Assembly: GCA_030704615.1 (NCBI GenBank)
Contig: JAKLZA010000069.1
Coordinates: forward strand, 1-27,000
DNA from: Takakia lepidozioides
Taxonomy: Eukaryota > Plantae > Bryophyta
Length of the DNA stretch: 27,000 nucleotides
Direction of reading: 5' to 3'
A program made the translations under genes and the position numbers. Within the stretch, counting starts at the first letter, position 1, and each line of letters begins with the position of its first letter. Of the stretch, positions 22,121 through 27,000 are shown piece after piece. A model generated the notes under the pieces. It saw only the letters and a program-made list of their open reading frames with translations. It searched no databases and was not told the DNA's origin.

Positions 22121-22949
22121 CTGAGCCCCCTTGTTGCCTTGAGCACGTTGAGGTAGTGGTTGGCTAGGAGCACCACTACCCGTGGTGTCTCCTTAGCAAA
22201 TCCCACCATGACCACTCGTTCCTCCACCATGTTGAGCTCTATCCGCTCTGCCAGCAAAAACACATTTGCTAAGGTGGGTTGGGCCGCTTGTAGGAGAGTT
22301 GCATCCCGCACCCTTCTCCTCAGCTCCTTGTCCAATATCCCATACCAGAATTGGACTGCCTGAGCTTCCGTAACCCCTTGGGTTACATTTATCAAGCGCC
22401 TCATGCGAGTGAAAGCCTCCCTCAAGCTCTCGGTCGGCTTCCGTTGGAACTCTTGCAAGCTCCGCAACTTCTCTGTCCTCACCCCTTGGTAGTTCCCTCT
22501 CAACTCTTCGAAGAACTCCACAACAGGGTTGAAGGCAGGCACGGGTGCTAGTGCTGGTGCGGTAGTGGCTTGGGTGGACGTCGTAGCTACTGTACCACCA
22601 GTCCCACTGCTGCTTGCTGAAGCTGCCGGTGCAGCGGCAGGTGTAGCCACTGCCCTCGTGGCTCTAGTGCCCCTAGTGATGGAGACATAGTCGGGTGACC
22701 AGTACATCCTCCACTCCTCGATCTCAACCTCATGCCCCCGCCTGAACTCATGGTAATCATCCATAGGCGGCCCCTCAAGGTGCTGAAACAGCCCTTTCCA
22801 TGCCATGAACGGCGTAAATAGTTGTGGATTGCGCATTTGCTGCAAATCACACCAACTATCAAACTCTTGGATAAAATCATCCAACTCATGGTGCCCACCG
22901 CCCCAGAGTACCTTCGTGGCCCCTTGGTAGCTCCATACATCTCCTCCAT
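22117..22949 (-). CDS. gag: Gag capsid region, interrupted by frameshifts near ~22900 and ~22185
   Basis: MEEMYGATKGPRRYSG / ELDDFIQEFDSWC...LQEFQRKPTESLREAFTRMRRL...QFWYGILDKELR is a retrotransposon Gag-like pattern. The true start may lie further upstream. Confidence 0.75.
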
Positions 22950-23439
22950 TGTGTCCCACAACAATGGCAAAGAAACAACTTGCACCGCCGGTATGAGCCT
23001 CCTGATTCACAATCCGAATCAGAACCTTCCGTGGAAGACACAGGAGGTGAAGGTGGCCTAAACCGCACACCTCGTCTCGTGTACCCACTAGTATCGCTAG
23101 TGCTCGAACCGGCACTGTCCCCAGCAACTAGTGGCACCTCCGTGTTGACACTCAACCGGTCATGAACATGTCCCTAACCCCTCTCCACAAGGTAACCGGG
23201 TAGAGAACCTGTTGCGGCTTATGGTTTGGAATACTAAGTTCCTAACATAGCCTACACCTGAACTTGCATGACCATGGGAATATCATGAAGATACTCCTCA
23301 AACCGCCCTCCACGAGCTTCAAAATTCGGCCTTCCAGACCACATGCCAGTCCTTAGTCCACCAGTGCCTCCACAAGTCAGCACAGGCCATCCACAGGTCA
23401 ACACACGGGCCACCACAGACCAGCACAGGCCCACACAGC

Positions 23440-24845
23440 TCACTGGTCACAGCCGTCACAGTCCCACAGCCACTGGGCACAGCCTGTCACAGCCCCTCAC
23501 AGCTCGTCACAGCCTCAAAGCCTCAGGCACAGCCTGTCACAGCCCCTCACAGCCCGTCACAGCCCCAAAGGCCTCAGGCGCGGCCTGTCACAAGCCCCTC
23601 ACAGCCCGTCACAGCCCCAAAGGCCATGGGCACGGCGTGTCACAGCCCGTCACAGCCTCAAAGGCCTCAGGCACGGCCTGTCACAGCCCATCACAGCCCC
23701 AAAGGCCTCAGGCACGGCCTGTCACAGCCCCTCACAGCCCGTCACAGCCCCAAAGGCCTCAGGCGCGGCCTGTCACAGCCCCTCACAGCCCGTCACAGCC
23801 CCAAAGGCCTCAGGCACGGCCTGTCACAGCCCCTCACAGCCCGTCACAGCCCCAAAGGCCTCAGGCACGGCCTGTCACAGCCCCTCACAGCCCGTCACAG
23901 CCCCAAAGGCCATGGGCACGGCCTGTCACAGCCCCTCACAGCCTGTCACAGCCCGTCACAGCCCGTCACAGCCTCAAAGGCCTCAGGCACGGCCTGTCAC
24001 AGCCCATCACAGCCCCAAAGGCCTCAGGCACGGCCTGTCACAGCCCCTCACAGCCCGTCACAGCCCCAAAGGCCTCAGGCACGGCCTGTCACAGCCCCTC
24101 ACAGCCCGTCACAGCCGCAAAGGCCTCAGGCACGGCCTGTCACAGCCCATCACAGCCCCAAAGGCCTCAGGCACGGCCTGTCACAGCCCCTCACAGCCCG
24201 TCACAGCCCCAAAGGCCTCAGGCACGGCCTGTCACAGCCCCTCACAGCCCGTCACAGCCCCAAAGGCCATGGGCACGGCCTGTCACAGCCCCTCACAGCC
24301 CGTCACAGCCTCAAAGGCCTCAGGCACGGCCTGTCACAGCCCCTCACAGCCCGTCACAGCCCCAAAGGCCATGGGCACGGCCTGTCACAGCCCCTCACAG
24401 CCTCAAGGCTCCAGGCACGGCCTGTCACAGCCTGACACAGCCCGTCACAGCCCCACAAGGCAGGGCACAGCCTGTCACAGCCCCTCACAGCCCATCACAG
24501 CCTCAAAGGCCTCAGGCACGGCCTGTCACAGCCCCTCACAGCCCATCACAGCCCCAAAGGCCATGGGCACAGCCTGTCACAGCCCGTCACAGCCCCACAG
24601 GCCTCAGGGCACAGCCTGTCACAGCCCCGCACAGCCCGTCACAGCCCCAAAGGCCACTGGGCACAGCCTGTCACAGCCTGACACAGCCCGTCACAGCCCC
24701 ACAGGGCACAGGGCACAGCCTGTCACAGCCCATCACAGCCTGTCACAGCTTGCCACAGCCCGTCACAGCCCGTCACAGCTCGCCACAGCCTGACACAGCC
24801 CGTCACAGCCCGTCACAGCTTGCCACAGCCTGTCACAGCCCCACA
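23440..24845. repeat. ~1.4 kb tandem repeat in the element leader: 10-bp TCACAGCCC(C/G) subunits arranged in 51/41-bp units
   Basis: GGCCTCAGGCACGGCCTGTCACAGCCCCTCACAGCCCGTCACAGCCCCAAA repeated with variants. Confidence 0.97.
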
Positions 24846-25339
24846 CATGGCCGCTCTGGCAGTTTAGCCATTTCTCCAAGGGGTTTAGCCACGCCAAGCT
24901 AGGGTTTGTGTCTCTTGGACTCTAGGCTTCTTTCCACCGAGCTATGGTGGCTGTGAGGAAATCAGCAAGGTATCCTTGCTCTTTCGGCTCCCACACACCA
25001 CCATAGTAGCCCTAAGCCATGAGGTGGTTGCCACAAACCAAGCCTTCTTTCTCACTTAGCCTCCCCAAACACGCCACTAAACTCAATGGCAAACAACCAA
25101 GCCCTGCTGGTTCCCAGCCCTTGTGAGCACTCATTCAAGCACTCCCCTCATTGGCCATAGCATCTGTCTTAGAGCCTATTCCAGCCCTCTACACCTGTTG
25201 CTTCAAGAGTTGCGCTCCCTTCAAGCTTGAAGTTGAAACCCCAACTCACATAGGCCCTACAAGTGCTGTTCTTTCACTCCAAGTGGAAACCAGCCCTAGA
25301 CCTTCCGTTCTAGCTCTCTAAGGCTTGAAAACAAGAGCC

Positions 25340-25710
25340 TCAATGGGCTGAAGGCATGCTCCACACATGCCCCACTCTCACCATAAGAGAATCAGCTCCT
25401 TTGCTTCATTTCTTGCACCCACAAACCTGATAATACAAGCTTCAGCAGGCTGAAAGCATGCTCTACATGCCCTACAGGGAAACTAGCCCCTTCCTTCCTT
25501 TCTTGCACTCCCACACCTAAAAGTGCAAGCCTTCACCAGGCTGATAGCATGCTCCACACATACATTGCCCTCACATAAGGGAAGTCAGCCCTTCCCTCTT
25601 CCTTGCTTGCCCTCCAAGCTTGAAGATGGAAGCTTCAATGAGCTAATACATGCTCCACACATGCAACCTCTTCACACAAGAGATATCAGCCCCCTATCTT
25701 GGCTCCTTGG
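25340..25710. repeat. Four degenerate ~95-100 bp tandem units in the leader
   Basis: GCTGA..GCATGCTCCACACAT...CAGCCCC motif near 25345, 25447, 25538 and 25641. Confidence 0.7.
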
Positions 25711-26363
25711 CTCCTTGATGCTCTCTATGACAAGACTAAGCACTCCATAGCCTTTGCCAAGCTCCTGAAACCCTAAGGCTTACATTTCCAGCCACAAGAC
25801 ACTTCTCTTGTGGTGCAAGAACTCTTCTTCCAAGCTCTGAAACCCTAGGTGCACATTCCATGGCCTTGCCGCACCTCTTAGCTCCTGTTCCAGCCCTGCT
25901 CTCGCCATGACAAGAACCCTCTCAATGCTGAAGCTCGAGATTGAAACCCAATCTCACCATACTCCACAAAGTGCACTGATTTGCCCCAAGCCAAATCAGC
26001 CCTTTCGCTTGGTCTTACAATCCTTCACACAATGAAAGCTCGCATTCCCAAGTCTAGTTCTCAGCTTTGCCACCAAAGCCACTATAACTTGCTCTTGACT
26101 GGTCCTCTTCCCAATCGTGCTTGCTCATGCATGTACACAATCTGAAACCATCAAGGTGCTCTGGAATTACCTACAGTATGGTGCTTTCATCTCTGAAGCT
26201 GAAGATTGAATGCCAAGGTTTACCACCTCGTAACCCACATCGCCTCCGCTTCTAACAACCAAGAGCTCCACGGTGCTCCTTGCATAACAACTTGGTTTCT
26301 CTCATTCTCAAGCAAAAACCACAAGTGCTACAACTAACTCGTATCTAGCACTCATAGATACGA

Positions 26364-26380
26364 GCTCATCTTTCTCGAGT
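26364..26380 (-). promoter_or_regulatory. Primer-binding site of self-priming type
   Basis: Abuts the LTR. GCTCATCTTTCTCGAGT (26364-26380) is the exact reverse complement of ACTCGAGAAAGATGAGC inside the LTR (26544-26560). It lacks the TGG expected for pairing with a tRNA CCA end. Confidence 0.8.
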
Positions 26381-26706
26381 GATAAAGAAGAAGAATACAA
26401 GCACAAGCTCATGCGAGCTCACAAAGCTGAAGCATAAACTCAGGCATATATAACCTCATCACTCAAATACAAGTCAAGCCAAGTGCACCCCACGCCATGG
26501 GGAATCCACACTACGGCGCCATAGCTAGGCGCGGTGAGGCTCAACTCGAGAAAGATGAGCCTCCCGCGCTTGCCGTGAAGATAACCACTCCAGGGCCTAA
26601 ATCTGCCTTGACCCCTGGATTGACACTTGGGCCAATCCCAAATGTCAATATGTAAAAGCTAGCTATTTCCTAGCTAGTTTCACACTAGTGGTAAAATAAC
26701 TTGACA
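26380..26706 (-). repeat. 5' LTR segment (327 bp), lacking the first 190 bp of U3 seen in the 3' LTR
   Basis: Matches 15076-15402 with 2 substitutions; similarity stops abruptly at TTGACA|CCTCA. Confidence 0.92.
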
Positions 26707-27000
26707 CCTCATCCAGTACGGAAAAAAAGCATAAAGGGGGAATAAAACGAATTCAAATCCTAATATTTTTCATCCGGCATGGATGGAAAAATTATAGATA
26801 GGATGCCAGTGTCATAACCCCTATGGAGGTAATTCCTCATTCTCTGGTGACTCATCTGATATAGATGAAAGTCAATAAAAGAGGAATGAAAATTTACAGG
26901 TCCTCTTTAAAGGTACTTTAGTGTCCACCCAGATGATTCTTCCGGTATGGATAGAAAACCTTTACAAGTCGGGTGAAAACACCTTTTAGAGTCCATCTGG

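Larger units (their letters stand above)
14965..26706 (-). mobile_element. Ty3/Gypsy LTR retrotransposon encoding a C5 cytosine methyltransferase and an integrase-PHD fusion
   Basis: Domain order PR-RT-RH-IN (Gypsy type). The 327-bp LTR segments 15076-15402 and 26380-26706 differ at 2 positions. PPT present. Confidence 0.95.

Noticed and set aside
23343-24902. 519-aa, 269-aa and 293-aa Pro/Ser/Thr-rich plus-strand ORFs
   Set aside because: Open only because the tandem repeat lacks stops; all three frames give repeat peptides, antisense to the element.
24895-25850. Telomere-like AAACCCTA/TAGGGTTT motifs
   Set aside because: Isolated single copies, not tandem; at most telo-box-like and not supportable.
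14965-26706. DIRS/Ngaro tyrosine-recombinase retroelement (split repeats plus a methyltransferase)
   Set aside because: It encodes an aspartic protease and a DDE integrase with a PPT; no tyrosine recombinase is seen, and the MTase is C5-type rather than the DIRS adenine type.
26707-27000. Possible gene in the AT-rich right flank
   Set aside because: No ORF of useful length and no recognisable motif within the window.

Overview
Eukaryotic DNA (short GT-AG introns; by inference a non-seed plant or streptophyte alga) made almost entirely of two adjacent mobile elements, each carrying a different class of DNA methyltransferase. (1) About 343-14966 is a ~14.6 kb TIR-bounded Mutator-like (MULE) DNA transposon. 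On the minus strand it encodes a spliced transposase with a GCM-like domain, a DDE core and a SWIM finger. On the plus strand, transcribed divergently, it encodes a 10-exon ~1400 aa protein joining a ParB/Srx-like domain (DGNHR) to a beta-class N6A/N4C amino-methyltransferase fold. Between the two genes lie ~30 copies of a 22-bp palindrome (GGAAATGCGG-NN-CCGCATTTCC) spaced at ~53 bp; more copies sit in introns and downstream of the cargo gene. (2) About 14965-26706 is a young Ty3/Gypsy LTR retrotransposon on the minus strand: Gag, zinc knuckles, protease, a DNMT3-like C5 cytosine methyltransferase, an in-frame TAG-CAA-CCA readthrough-type stop, RT, RNase H, integrase and a C-terminal PHD finger. 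It has a self-complementary (non-tRNA) primer site, a 1.4 kb tandem repeat in the leader and a circularly permuted, split LTR arrangement with no TSD. All domain calls are from motifs read by eye; no database searches were run.
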